NCBI GenBank assembly: GCA_951406725.2
Contig: OX597816.1
Coordinates: forward strand, 62,620,001-62,684,000
Length of the DNA: 64,000 bases
Origin: Octopus vulgaris
Lineage: Eukaryota
Direction: 5' to 3'
Both the position numbers and the translations under genes were made by a program. Shown here one piece after another: positions 11,728-25,804 of the stretch. The notes under the pieces are model-generated. The model had not been told where the DNA came from, made no database searches, and saw only the letters and a program-made list of their open reading frames with translations. How positions within the stretch are numbered: position 1 is the first letter of the stretch; the number at the start of each line of letters is the position of its first letter.

Positions 11728-12235
11728 AAAATAAATGCACCCTTTTAAAGCCAAGCCAGGATCATGGGCCCGGTTTCCCGATTTCAATGGAGTATGTGTT
11801 CCCCAGCTGGACGGGACGCCAGTCCATCGCAGCGTTACTAATTTTTGCCAGCTGAGTGAACTGGAGCGACATAAAACGAAGTGTTTTGCTCAGGAACTCA
11901 ACGCGTCACCCGGTCCAGGAATCGAAACCACAATCTAACGATCATGATGCTGTCACCCTAGCAACTAATCAACGCGCCTCCACAAATGCGCCCTTTTAAA
12001 GCCTAGCCAGACTCATGGGCCCGGTTCCCCGGTCTCAATGGCGTATGTCTACCCCCTGCTGGACGGGACGCCAGTCCATCGCAGCGTTACTCATTTTTGC
12101 CAGCTGAGTGAACTGGAGCGACGGAAAATGAAGTGTTTTGCTCAAGAACACAACGCGTCGCTCGGTCCAGGAATCGAAACCACAAACTTACGATCATGAT
12201 GCTGATATCCTAATCACTAAGCCACGCGCCTCCAC
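11728..12235 (-). mobile_element. SINE family D tandem dimer
   Basis: Two roughly 250-bp monomers head-to-tail (junction about 11983), flanked by ttatYaatccata at 11715-11727 and 12236-12248. Confidence 0.88.
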
Positions 12236-12537
12236 TTATCAATCCATACATATTTTATATTACTTTTCTCCTGGCGGTAATTTATAGTTAAACTGAGATA
12301 ATTTAGTAGAAATTTTAAAACGAACAGTAAAAAAAAAGCTAAACACATTTGCTTGGTTGTACAGATTATTTGCTACAAGCGTCATAAATGTGTTAACATT
12401 CACTTGGATTAAGGTCCCGAGGAATGAATAAGAAAGATGTCACGCAAGTACGTCGTACTGAGTACAGAAATCCCTGTAACTCAATAAAAGTTCGGTGCAT
12501 CTTCGTCGTTGTTCAAAAAACTGATTTTTAAAAATTT

Positions 12538-12845
12538 ATTTATGCGCCCTTTTCAAGCCTAGCCAGTCTCATGGGCCCGGTTTCCCGGTTTCTATGGCGT
12601 ATGTGTTCCCTCCAGCTGGCCGGGACGCCAGTCCATCGCAGCGTTACTCGAGAAACAGGAAAAAAGGGTGAGAGAAAGTGAGGGCGAAAGAGTACAACAG
12701 GGGTCGCCACCACCCTCTGCCGGACCCTCGTGGAGCTTTAGGAGTTTTCGCTCAATAAACACACACAACGCCCGGTCTGGGAATCGAAACCGCGATCTTC
12801 CGACCGCGAGTCCGCTGCCCTAACCACTGGGCCATTGCGCCTCCA
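12538..12845 (-). mobile_element. SINE family C (tRNA head; resembles octopus OR-type SINEs) with a family-D-type 3' end
   Basis: Head ggaggcgcaatggcccagtggttagg...ggtttcgattccc; the last 95 bp or so are shared with family D. Confidence 0.85.
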
Positions 12846-13623
12846 AACAACTGAATTACCGGCTCTGAATTAACGAGTAAGTAGCTGAGTATTCCACAAA
12901 GATGTGTGCACGTAACGTACTTCACAGGTGGAATCATTGAGAGTGCGTGGTACTTTTACACTTACTAGTAAAATACACGCAATAAGTATCTGAACTCTTT
13001 CCATCAACCTCTTTAACTCATAACACTTAGTTTGACAGGAGTCAATACAAAATGGGCTGAAATTGCCGAAATGCAAGAAATTAAAGAACAAATAGCTTAC
13101 AAACTACAGAGTTTTCTCAAGAAAGCCAGGAGAAAAAGATGTTTTATAAACACATTCTACCAGTATACGAAGTTTAAAAGTGTTTAGTTACAAAGAAATT
13201 ATTTTAAAAATCTGCCGGTCAAAGCGAAAAGATTCAATGGGATTTGCACATGGAGCTGTCGGATCACACTGTACATATTCATCTATGCCTTCTTTTTCTC
13301 CTTTTGATTTGAAGTAAATATGGAGCGGCCACCGACTGGCTAGGCAAGTTTCTTGGTTTAACCGTCATCTTAACATGATGATCTTCCAGCTTTTTAAAAT
13401 CCCACATATCGTGATCATTCATAGTTTATGAAGTATTTGGATTCTATTCGCAAAATTCCATGTTCAGCCATTGTTTGCTCCTATGTATGTATGTATGTAT
13501 GTATGTATGTATGTATGTATGTATGTATGTATGTATGTACGTATGTATGTACGTATGCATGCATGTATATTTCAAAGCAAACACCTTAATCATTTGGATA
13601 TTTCGTCCCACTTTATACATGTG

Positions 13624-13690
<67 letters not shown>

Positions 13691-13720
13691 CTATGTATAT
13701 ATGTATATATGTATTATACA

Positions 13721-13795
<75 letters not shown>

Positions 13796-13796
13796 G

Positions 13797-13998
13797 AAAG
13801 CGGCAAAATCAGTGAAACGCCGAGCGAAATGCTTAATGGGATTTCGTGTCTGTCTTTTCGTTCCCAAATCAAATTCCACCGAGGTCAACTTTGCCTTTCA
13901 TCCTTCCGAGGTCGACAAAATAAACATCAGTTGAGAACCAGATCGATAGAATCGACTGACCGCTCCCCTAATGTCTTTGAAATTGTGCCAAAATTGAA
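13797..13998 (+). mobile_element. SINE family B, diverged
   Basis: aggtcaactttgcctttcatccttccgaggtcgacaaaat domain. Confidence 0.75.
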
Positions 13999-14001
13999 AA
14001 C

Positions 14002-14032
<31 letters not shown>

Positions 14033-14125
14033 TATATATATTCTTTCGATTATTTTACTTTTATGCATATATATATGTATGTATATATATATGTATATAC
14101 ATATATATATGTATGTATATATATG

Positions 14126-14158
<33 letters not shown>

Positions 14159-14320
14159 ACTGACACAGTATTTCCAGAATGAAATCCACTAGACAGATTT
14201 CTGGACAAATGCTATCGATCTAATTAAGTCATAAGGTTTAGTTTGACTCGAGGCCACACAATATCCTAGTCGATGCTATGCAGACAGATCGAAACCGAAA
14301 ACTCGTGATTCTACGTACGC

Positions 14321-14510
<190 letters not shown>

Positions 14511-14701
14511 GCACATATTTGATTGAACTGTGCGTCACCGATGTTTTCTGAAGGAGAGTAAAATCACGTGAATTCTGTTTATTGACCTACATTCGACATC
14601 ACATGAGAATATCTCAGTAACATTCATTGAAATGTAATTTACAATTTTCTCTCTTTTCTCAATGTCTACATGCCTGAGTGTCTGTCTACTTTTCCAACCG
14701 C

Positions 14702-14749
<48 letters not shown>

Positions 14750-15250
14750 TTTCTCCTTTCTTTTGCTCTTTCTCTTACCTTTTCCCCTTTCTCTTTCGTT
14801 CGTCTCTTAATTCGTTCTTCTTGTTTCTTTATTCAGGAACGTTATTTAGATAAGTGTCCACGTATTTTTTTAAAAACTTATATGAGTGTGCGTGTGCGGT
14901 TTGCAGAGAAAGGCGTAGAGCGGAAGAAAGGGAAGGCCAAAGACACATTCACACATACACACAAGCATACATGTATATATATCTATCTATATATATATAT
15001 ATATATTTGCACATACAAATATACAAGCGAACATATACCTAACACGCAAAGTAAATTTCTCTCACGATTCTCAGGCCATGAGTTCAATTCTTCCTGGCTC
15101 ATCGTCTCGTTGAGCTGACGCTTTACTTCCCGTTGCTCCAGTTCACTTAACTTGCAAATATATAAGTTGCACCTGTAATCCAAATGGCAATCCTTTTCAT
15201 CTATCGTTTCCAATATGTAGTCACCACACACACACATACATATGTGTGTG

Positions 15251-15611
<361 letters not shown>

Positions 15612-15982
15612 GTGAACAGAGTAAAAAGGCAAAGAAAATTATTTAACACACCTTTAAAGATTCGCTACAGTTGTTTCCGTATTTGCAAAACCAGTTTACG
15701 CAAAAATTCTAAATGAGAATTTACGTAATGTTTGCGGTTATAGGTATTAAGGAGGCACTCCATCAGACTTGCATCAAATGTCTGTTGTCACCTTATGCGT
15801 TTCCCAGGCGTTGTTTATGGCTTATATCCAGAGGAAAAAATTAGGAAAAATGTGGATATGGGATGAGTTAGTGTGTGTTGTGTGTGTGGGGGGGGATTAT
15901 CTTAATGAAGGGGATGAATACGTAAAAGAGGAAGGAAAAAAGGTAAGGAGTAGGAGGAAACGAGCAGAAGGAGACGAAAGTA

Positions 15983-16100
15983 AAGAAGAAGAAGAAGAAG
16001 AAGAAGAAGAAGAAGAAGAAGAAGAAGAAGAAGAAGAAGAAGAAGAAGAAGAAGAAGAAGAAGAAGAAGAAGAAGAAGAAGAAGAAGAAGAAGAAGAAGA
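15983..16100 (+). repeat. (GAA)n trinucleotide microsatellite
   Basis: About 39 uninterrupted units. Confidence 0.98.
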
Positions 16101-16126
16101 AAGGAGGGTGTTAAACAACAGATAAA

Positions 16127-16351
16127 TTATATATCGTTCAAGTTGATTCGTGATGGAGCAAGACCATTCTTGAACTCAATAAGTTCATGATGCAAACGTT
16201 CCGATAGTTCAAGAAATTGCTCTCTGTGAACACGCGTCATTGCGTTGAGTGAATAACGTGCTGCACAGTACTTAGCACTAATTTCAGGGCAATCAGCTAT
16301 TACAAAAATAGTCGCATAACAGAAGTTGAGATGACCCAAAACCAGCAGCAC
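16127..16351 (-). pseudogene. Possible highly decayed mariner transposase fragment
   Basis: LNFCYATIFVIADCPEISAKYCAARYSLNAMTRVHREQFLELSERL loosely resembles the mariner HTH2/KVCARWVP linker region; no TIR found. Confidence 0.35.
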
Positions 16352-16656
16352 TTGAGGATTTTTTTTATACGACTTTTATACGACTTTACCTTCTCCCAGA
16401 AGGATGTATTTACGGGAACTAGATGTCTTTTACTCCCTGTGGTTCGTGCTAGTCAATACAGAGAAGTAACACGCTATCAAGTTCTATTACTCCGTATCAG
16501 AGTAGACAAAGGAGCGATGGTAGCTAACAAGTGGTTCGACCCTCCTCTGTACTACAATTTTCGGTTAGTTTTTCGAAATCAGTGACGAAAAGTTACTGGA
16601 AAAACGATATAAGAATTTGCATTGGGACCTCCCTTCATCGAAAACCGGTGATTGTC

Positions 16657-16699
16657 GTATGCTGATGACAGGTCAAAACCTAAAAACTGCAGTCCGTGT
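16657..16699 (+). ncRNA. Hammerhead motif with GAAA changed to AAAA
   Basis: gtatg CTGATGA caggt-caaa-accta AAAA ctgcag TC cgtgt. Confidence 0.55.
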
Positions 16700-16752
16700 G
16701 TATCACTTGACAGTCCGTGTGTATCACTTGACAGTCCGTGTGTATCACTTGA
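16690..16752 (+). repeat. 3 x 21-bp perfect tandem repeat CAGTCCGTGTGTATCACTTGA
   Basis: Units at 16690, 16711 and 16732, with no spacers. Confidence 0.97.
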
Positions 16753-17090
16753 CGAGGTTGACGAGGGAAGGGTGACCTCCCTTTGCAAATACCATAAGGG
16801 CACAGAAAGTGTGCCTAAAGCCAGCTGGAGACGATGTTCTCCTGGGGCTACAAGCTACAGTAACACCCACCCTTAGTGGTTAGCCATATTGAGATGGCCA
16901 GTATACCTCACATTTTAGTAAAGAAATAGAGAGAGTAAAGAAAAAAGAAAGCTTCTAATAATGCAGCAAGTTTTACAAAAGCCTTTATATTTCAGGCGCA
17001 AAGGCCCAACTTCAGATGGAGGACATTCAAGAAATGTCTACTTACATCGAACTCGTTATCTTATTTAAACTTCTCGGTATTTGTGTTAAC

Positions 17091-17125
17091 AGCACTAGCA
17101 GCAACTGAGAGTTGCTGCTAGTGCT
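17091..17125. repeat. Perfect hairpin, 16-bp stem with 3-nt loop
   Basis: agcactagcagcaact-gag-agttgctgctagtgct. Confidence 0.95.
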
Positions 17126-17918
17126 AAACCTTTATATTTCAAGGGCAAAAGATAGGCCTTTGGAGCTGAAACAAACGTTTTGTAAAATTTTATGAATTGA
17201 TCGAAGCATTCTTCTTTTATTTTCTTCTCCAGTTACCACGAAGAAAGCATTTTCTCTTATAGTAAAATATTCCCAGATGCCTTTCTGGCCTGTTAGCATT
17301 CCGCAAGTAGAAATAAAAGGGCGATTACCCTAGGCAGATACAAAGCCGTAGCTTTATGTAAAGCCATTCAGTATCACTGAATGGCTTTAACTGCGCTCCT
17401 GGACTGTGTGGTAGGAATGAAAATAAAATCATCGTGAATGTCTTAGCAAGAGTAGACTTACTGCTGATTCAGAGGTTCAGATCTTCTTCAGAAAATGCCT
17501 GGTCTCCAAGAGGTGTAAGGACCAGTAGGTCGTGTAGGTTAACAAAAGCTATATATTGCGCATCACAGAGTGAAACGCACTGTCTCCAAAAAGCATTTCA
17601 GCGTGTCTATATCAATCAATCTGTCTATCTATCTGTCTAGCTAGCTAGCTATCTATGCGTATCTATGTTTCTTTTTATTTTATTTTTTATTTTACTTCCT
17701 TTAGACATTAGACTGCGGTCATGCTCGGGCACCGCCTTGAATACATTTGGCCGAGCGAATCGACTCAAATGTTAATTGATTAATCAATTAATTAATTGTA
17801 AAGCTTGATACTTATTTGACAGATATCTTTTGCTGAACTGCTAGCTTAAAGGGAAGTAAACAAATCCATACTTGTTGTCAAGCCATGGTGGGAGACACAA
17901 ATATATACACACAGAGAT

Positions 17919-17952
<34 letters not shown>

Positions 17953-18268
17953 CATGGTAACGACCATATTATCGGATATCGTCATATATCGCTGGTTACA
18001 ATGCGCTTCGCATTTTTTACCTTTCGAACGATGCTACCCTTCGCTGACTTGGTGGGTAGACCAACGTTCACCTTGGTCGCTAAGTTGTGTCCATGGGTGC
18101 ATTGGTGTGGGCTCTGATCAAACTTTTCGCTTGGCCCGAGGCTTTTTAACAAAAGGCGAAGCCTGGGACTGTGGTTGTAGTCATGGCGGGGTGCGCAGAT
18201 ACGATAGGATGTACTTCTTTTCATGTGTGCAAGGATTAAAAACTTATATTTATACACACACACACACA

Positions 18269-18363
<95 letters not shown>

Positions 18364-18460
18364 CATACATATACATATATATATATATATATATATAAAT
18401 AATATATATATATATATGCATATATACATACACGTATGTACATAAAGAAATATGTATGTA

Positions 18461-19732
18461 TCAGGTCATTCCATAAGTTCTGTCCGATTTTAACTTTTTT
18501 TAAAGTGAATGCAATTTAATAGAATTTTAGAATGTTTAATGAAATTTAAAATTATTGTTATCAATTTGTGTATATTTGAACTAATTAAATGTTATTTTAC
18601 AGAATAATAGAATTAAAATTTCTTTGATTAAAACCCTTTCTAACATGGAAGTATCCAAAGAGCATTTAATGCACATAATGCTTTATGAGTACAAAAGAGG
18701 AAACGCTACAGCCGAAGCGACTCGAAACATACTCTCAGTTAATGAAAGAACTTACAGAAGATGGTTTGAAAAATTCAGAAGTGGAGATTTCAGCCTTGGT
18801 AATGAAGATCGAACGGGACGTCCAGTTGAGTTTGATGATAAACTCCTTGGGGCATTACTTGAAGAAAATCCTGTATTATCACTTGAAGAATTGGCAATAA
18901 AGCTTAGTTCAAACCATACAACTGTTCATCGTCATCTTCAACAACAGAGAAAGGTTCCTAAACTTGGAAAATGGGTGCCTCATGAATTTTTCCAAAAGCA
19001 ACCGCAAATCCCGAGTTGACATACACTCTTCTTTCCCTCCTCGCGAACACATTTCACCCTTTTTGGATAGACTTGTGACGCGTGACGAAAAATGGATCTT
19101 CTAGCAAAATGTTAAATGTCGTAAACAGTTGCTTGGTAAAAGAGAAAAGCTCAACCACAACCGAGAAGGGAACTTCGTGGGAAAAAGGTTCTTCTCTCTA
19201 TCTAGTGGGATTGCAAAGGCGTCATTCATTTTGAATTGTTACCACCTAATGCAACAATCAATGCTTAAGTCTACTGTCTGCAATTAGAGCATTTGAACCA
19301 AGCTTTGAAGAAAAAAAAGCCACGCTTTAGTGAATCGAAAAGGAGTAATGTTTCATCGGGACAATGCGCGACCCCGTACTTCAAAGATCACATCATAGAA
19401 GATCGAAGAGCTTGGTTGAGAAAAAAATTCTTCATCCACCTTATTCTTCTGACCTTGCTCCCTCAGACTATCATATGTTTTGTAGTTTACAGAATCATTT
19501 GGGGGACATAACTTTCGCAAGCCTGGAGGAGATCGAAACTGACATTTCAGAGTTCTTCGCTTTGAAACCAAAAGAGTTTTACATTGATGGGATTAAAAAG
19601 CTTGTAAATAGATGGAAGGAAGTCATAGATAATCAGGGAAAGTGCATTGATAATTAAATTTCAATTAAATATAACATTTGATCACTTGTTTTCTTTATTC
19701 AAAATTCGGACAGAACTTATGGGATGACCTGG
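18461..19732 (+). mobile_element. Full-length mariner (DD34D) transposon, inactivated
   Basis: TIRs tcaggtcattccataagttctgtccga (from 18461) and tcggacagaacttatgggatgacctgg (to 19732); TA at the left flank; about 1.27 kb. Confidence 0.95.
18645..19657 (+). pseudogene. Mariner transposase pseudogene
   Basis: Motifs RRWFEKFRSGDFSL, GRP, WVPHE, VTRDEKW, HRDNARP and HPPYSSDLAPSDY are spread over several frames with stops. Confidence 0.95.
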
Positions 19733-20233
19733 TGTATAGGTATTGTTTTCCATTGTTTCTCTCGAAAAAGAAAGATGATCATTTGAGGAAAGGAACGAGA
19801 GAGGGTAAAGGAGGAAGAGGGAGAGAGAGAGAGAGAGGGACAGTAAAAAAACGAGTTGCATCAAATATATTAAGATAAAATTTACTTGGAAATAGATGCG
19901 TGGCGTTCAATCAAATAATGATATAAATAATACATATGTGTGTGGTTGTGTGTGTATGCATATATAGACACACATATGTACATACACATATATGTATATA
20001 GGTATGCATTTCCAATGTTTCTCTCGTTCTTTACGTAGCCAACATTATTTCGTATTTCATGTCATATTGCTTACGTTTTGTGACGTCCTGTACCCGTATT
20101 AGCATACCTATTATATACATATATATGTATGTAGATATGTGTGTATATATGCATATATATAAAATTTATATTATTATTTGTTTGAACACCACGCATCCAT
20201 TTCCAAGTAAGATTTATCTGTAAGATTTATCTG

Positions 20234-20304
<71 letters not shown>

Positions 20305-20305
<1 letters not shown>

Positions 20306-20500
20306 ATGATAGATCGGTAGCCACTACACACATTTTTTTTCTTTCCTTGTTTCTCTCCGTTTTTCTGTGTCCCTTTCTGTAGAAGAGCGTAGGCCCGAAA
20401 CGTAAAAGACTTTTTCAATTTCTGAGCGTTATACTAATACATCTGTTTGTTTTGTACACCACCTGACTTCGTCTTTTGTTTTTTTCGTGAACTCTCCCCT
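20305..20500 (+). mobile_element. Short repeat (about 195 bp) carrying a minimal hammerhead variant at 20373-20408
   Basis: Homologous to 51616-51793 (+) and 41585-41748 (-); cttt CTGTAGA a gagc-gtag-gccc GAAA cg TA aaag. Confidence 0.7.
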
Positions 20501-21332
20501 TTACATATATACATGCATATGTACATATGTATACCTATGTGCGTGTGTGGGTGGCTTTGTATCTCTATATGCCCCCACCTCAAGTCTCGGCCGCTTCGCA
20601 ACTGGTATGGGTATATTTACGTCCCTGCAAAAAAGAACAAATACAATAAGTGACAGGCTTACGAAAAAACAACTAAAATTTCTCCGAGCGGTGACCCAGC
20701 ATAGCCGCGATCTCGTAAGTGAAGCAAGTACAAGATAAAAGACATATATACTGATATATATATGTCATACCAATTTTTATTTTATATCCTTATCCTATTT
20801 CTCCTTTGAAAAGCAACCACTCCGATTTAAATTCGCGTGGTCTCAGACAAACGCCCAAACGCTCGCAATGGACACACATTGGCAAGCACACACACACACG
20901 CACATACACGGACGTGGACACGATATTTTCTTAAAGTCCTTTATTATTCTGCCCATTCTTCATTTTCTCTCTCACATACATACTTTTCTTTTTATGTGAG
21001 TCTTCCAAGATTAGGTTCCATCTCTGTGTCTTATTTAATTTAAAGAATTGTTTGATTATCTCCAGAGGTTAATGAGTCAGCTTTTCTCAACATTTAATTC
21101 TTTAGGGTCCAACAGGAACTCATTCAATTTATATTTTATTAATATCATGCGCCTTTCACAATTATATCCTAGTTCCAGCGCCATCAGTTTTGTACCACTA
21201 TTCATTATCAGGTCTTCTATAATATATAATATTTATTTTATATATATTCATACATGTATGCATGTATACGCACATGTTTATATATATATATATGTAGACA
21301 TATATAGATATATATTTATGTATATATACGTA

Positions 21333-21369
<37 letters not shown>

Positions 21370-21638
21370 ATACCTATATCTACAAATATATATAAATATA
21401 AATATATATGTATATGCATATATAGGAGACCAAATTTATACGTACACCGCTATATGTATTTATATATGAACATAAATATATAGCGAGACATAGATTATAC
21501 ACGCAAACATATATTGTATACATATGCATCGTATATATATACATATACATATACATATATATTGTATACATACACGTACATTTGCATGCATAATATTCAA
21601 GATTTATATTCTGAATACATACATACGCACACGTATAT

Positions 21639-21682
<44 letters not shown>

Positions 21683-21726
21683 GTGTATGTGTGTGCATTG
21701 TGAGAATGCATGATCATTGACTTTGT

Positions 21727-21835
<109 letters not shown>

Positions 21836-22578
21836 GCCTACGTGCCTACCTCCATACACATCTACTTACTATACATACATACACAATACATAAATACACA
21901 TGTACTCCCAGATTCACACACACACACATATATATACATATACATACTCACACACACATATACCTGCATACATGCATACAGTTATAGATATATACGTCCG
22001 TCAAAAAAAAAAATACAAAGCGTATACAAACATACATACATATCAATAATGTCCTTGTCATTATTTTCAGAAACTTTAAAAAATATTTTGCTTACGCTTT
22101 TTGAATATTTAGTTGTTTATTTACTTACTTATTGTTTATTTGTAATTATTTTCCCGGCCTTACTTCAAAAGTGGCAATAATTACGGTGTATTTGTTCTGA
22201 ACTTAAATAAATATTGCAATTTTGGAGGAATTCAACAGCTTCGTTGCTCGCTTCCCAAATATCAATACAAATCAACCCAATATCTTTAAGTATATCATCA
22301 TTCCAAAGAATCTATAATTAATTAAAAGAAAATTGCGACAAACAAGCGTCAAACAACAGGCAATATATAAAGTGTTATTCTCGGAGGCTTTCATAAATTA
22401 TGTATTTTCTTATCGTCATCATTTAGCTGTGTTTCAAAATACTATTCAGAATTCAAAACTGCATGTAATTCGGTGTGGGTGGTTGTTTGATATTTTGCTA
22501 TAATTCGTTCCTGTTTTAATTTCGCTTTAGCCTACTTCTGCCTCGCGTGTGCAACTATTCATATATATATGCATGTGT

Positions 22579-22622
<44 letters not shown>

Positions 22623-22736
22623 ACATGTTTGAATATACATATATATATACATATATACATATATACACAGACGTATATATACGCATGCAGTCATGTATAT
22701 ATATATATATTTATTTATACATATATATACATAAAT

Positions 22737-22805
<69 letters not shown>

Positions 22806-22819
22806 CATATGTATGTAAG

Positions 22820-22861
<42 letters not shown>

Positions 22862-23049
22862 AGTGTATATATATATATATATATATATGCATATATATAT
22901 ACATTTATATATGTGTGTAAGTCTGTGTATATATATGTCTGCTGTGTATATGTATATATGTGTATGTGTGTATATACGAATATATGTGTACGTATGAACA
23001 CATTTCTTATGTGTACTTTTGTTTATCTGCCTTCCCTTCTTCTTCCATC

Positions 23050-23111
<62 letters not shown>

Positions 23112-23209
23112 ATATACATATATATGTGTGTGTATATGTATATATATGTACATATATATATACATACATTATTACTATAAGAGAAGGAGAAAAAATATTG
23201 TGGATATAC

Positions 23210-23268
<59 letters not shown>

Positions 23269-23925
23269 TACACACACGTAGGAGACCATGTGTGTAAATA
23301 TGACTGTGTATGAATATGCGTGTATGTTTGTGTGCCTGATGCGTATGAGTGCCACAAAACTTTTGCGATAGATGTTGGTCTATTATTGTTTGGTATATTC
23401 TCTCTTTAATCTTTAATCTTTCTTCCTCTCTCTTTGCCTTCTTTTTTGTGTGCTTCTTTGTGTTCTAATTCCTAGCTTGATTGAAGGTGTTCTCGAATGT
23501 TCTTCTCATTATATTTGCTGTCATTTTGTTTATAGTCTTATATCCATTTTCTTTTTCTCTCTCTCTACTTCTTGTCCTTTTTTGTGTTTTTTGATATTCG
23601 TGCTTCAATCTCTTTAGCTATTTCCTTTTTGTTTCCCCACTTCATATATTTATTTAATTGCTGTTTTTTTTTTTTTTTTACTGTATTTATAAGCAACTTT
23701 GTTTTCAAAATTACTAAATGTATTCACTACTTAGAACAGATACACAGTAGGTTGTCGCTTGGATGATAAAATAATATGGATTAAAAAGCAAAAAACAAAA
23801 CAGATATGAAATCAGGGAAATATCGCGGACCTTACAAAATTCGTGTGCACGGGAGCAGACGCAGATTTAATAAAAGAAACTGAGAATGTGGAATATATAC
23901 ACATATACATACACACACACACACA

Positions 23926-23978
<53 letters not shown>

Positions 23979-24002
23979 GTGTGTGAGTCTATGTTTATAT
24001 TC

Positions 24003-24042
<40 letters not shown>

Positions 24043-24066
24043 GTGTGTGAGTCTATGTTTATATTC

Positions 24067-24098
<32 letters not shown>

Positions 24099-24107
24099 GT
24101 GTGATAT

Positions 24108-24155
<48 letters not shown>

Positions 24156-24180
24156 GCATATATATATATATATACCAGTA

Positions 24181-24222
<42 letters not shown>

Positions 24223-24412
24223 GATATGTATGAATGAAAAATCTGAATAAAGAGAATAAGAGTGAGGGAGTAAGAGAATGATAGAGGGAGAAAGAGAGAG
24301 AGTCAGAGTGAGAAAGAGAGATAGATAGAGAGAGACAGAGAGAGACAGAGAGAGAGACTGATGAGCAAACCACTCTGAATACAAAACTTTTGAAAAAGAA
24401 GAAAATTTGTGA

Positions 24413-24448
<36 letters not shown>

Positions 24449-24777
24449 GCTTGTGTGTCTGCGCGCACACTCGTGCGTGTTTGTTTCTGTATTGATACTT
24501 GATGCAATATTACTAATAAAAGCCCTTCATAATATCTGTTTTAATTGGTTAGTATGATTTGTTCGTTTAATCACTATGATAACACGTAGATTGTGTATTT
24601 GGCTTTGGTTCAGAAGGCTTGCATGAACAAGAACGATTTCACGGCTTTAATTGGAACTTGGAGGATAATGAATTCTCTGATCTGGATTCTCACCTTGTCT
24701 AATGTCTTTTTTTTTTTACTCCCATAATAACTTTACCTGGATACTATACCTTACTATAGATAGATACAGGTATAGTC

Positions 24778-25345
24778 TTTACTCTTTTACTCTTTTACTT
24801 GTTTCAGTCATTTGACTGCGGCCATGCCGGAGCACCGCCTTTAGTCGAGCAAATCGACCCCAGGACTTATTCTTTGTAAGCCTAGTACTTATTCTATCGG
24901 TCTCATTTGCCGAACTGCTAAGTTACGGGGACGTAAACACACCAGCATCAGTTGTCAAGCGATGCTGGGGTGACAAACACAGACACACAAACACATACAC
25001 ACACAGACATATATATATAAATATATACATATATACGACAGGTTTCTTTCAGTTTCCATGTCCCAAATCCACTCAAACGGCTTTGGTCAGCTCGAGGCTA
25101 TAGTAGAAGACACTTGCCCAAGGTGCCACGCAGTGGGAATGAACCCGGTGCTTGACAACCGATCCTGGTGTGTTTACGTCCCCGTAACGTTGCGGTTCGC
25201 CAAAAGAAACCGATAGAATAAGTACTGGGCTTTCAAAGAATAAGTCCTGGGGTCGATTTTGCTCGACTAAAGGTGGTGCTCCAGCATGGCAGCAGTCAAA
25301 TGACTGAAACAAGTAAAAGAGTAAAAGAGTAAAAGAGTAAAGAGT
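24778..25345. mobile_element. Two family A SINEs fused in inverted orientation
   Basis: Minus-strand copy 24778-25146 is joined directly to a plus-strand 3' half 25149-25345. Confidence 0.88.
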
Positions 25346-25555
25346 ATATAGTAAAGGATCAGAAAACGGACACAAAAAAAAACCAAAACAAAAACATTAC
25401 AACCTAAGCAGAAAAGAAATGAAGAAGAGCTACACAAACATACACACAATCACATATATACATACGTATATACATGCATACGTATAGACACATATATTCA
25501 TACTACTACATATGTACATACATACATACGGACACACACATACATATATATAAAC

Positions 25556-25618
<63 letters not shown>

Positions 25619-25660
25619 TATATATGTACGTATTTATTCATACATACATATATATATATT

Positions 25661-25708
<48 letters not shown>

Positions 25709-25750
25709 CATATGCATTTATATGTATATGCAATCTCACCCACGTTGATC

Positions 25751-25804
<54 letters not shown>

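Noticed and set aside
12770-12845. tRNA genes at SINE heads
   Set aside because: No acceptor stem closure, and each continues into a SINE body.
15660-15775. Minus-strand CTGATGG...long hairpin...GAAACAACTGTA hammerhead-like pattern
   Set aside because: Stems I and II do not pair in register with the core.
15769-16125. Poly-Glu ORF
   Set aside because: Pure (GAA)n with no synonymous variation.
16690-16752. CRISPR-like repeat
   Set aside because: No spacers, no cas genes, eukaryotic context.
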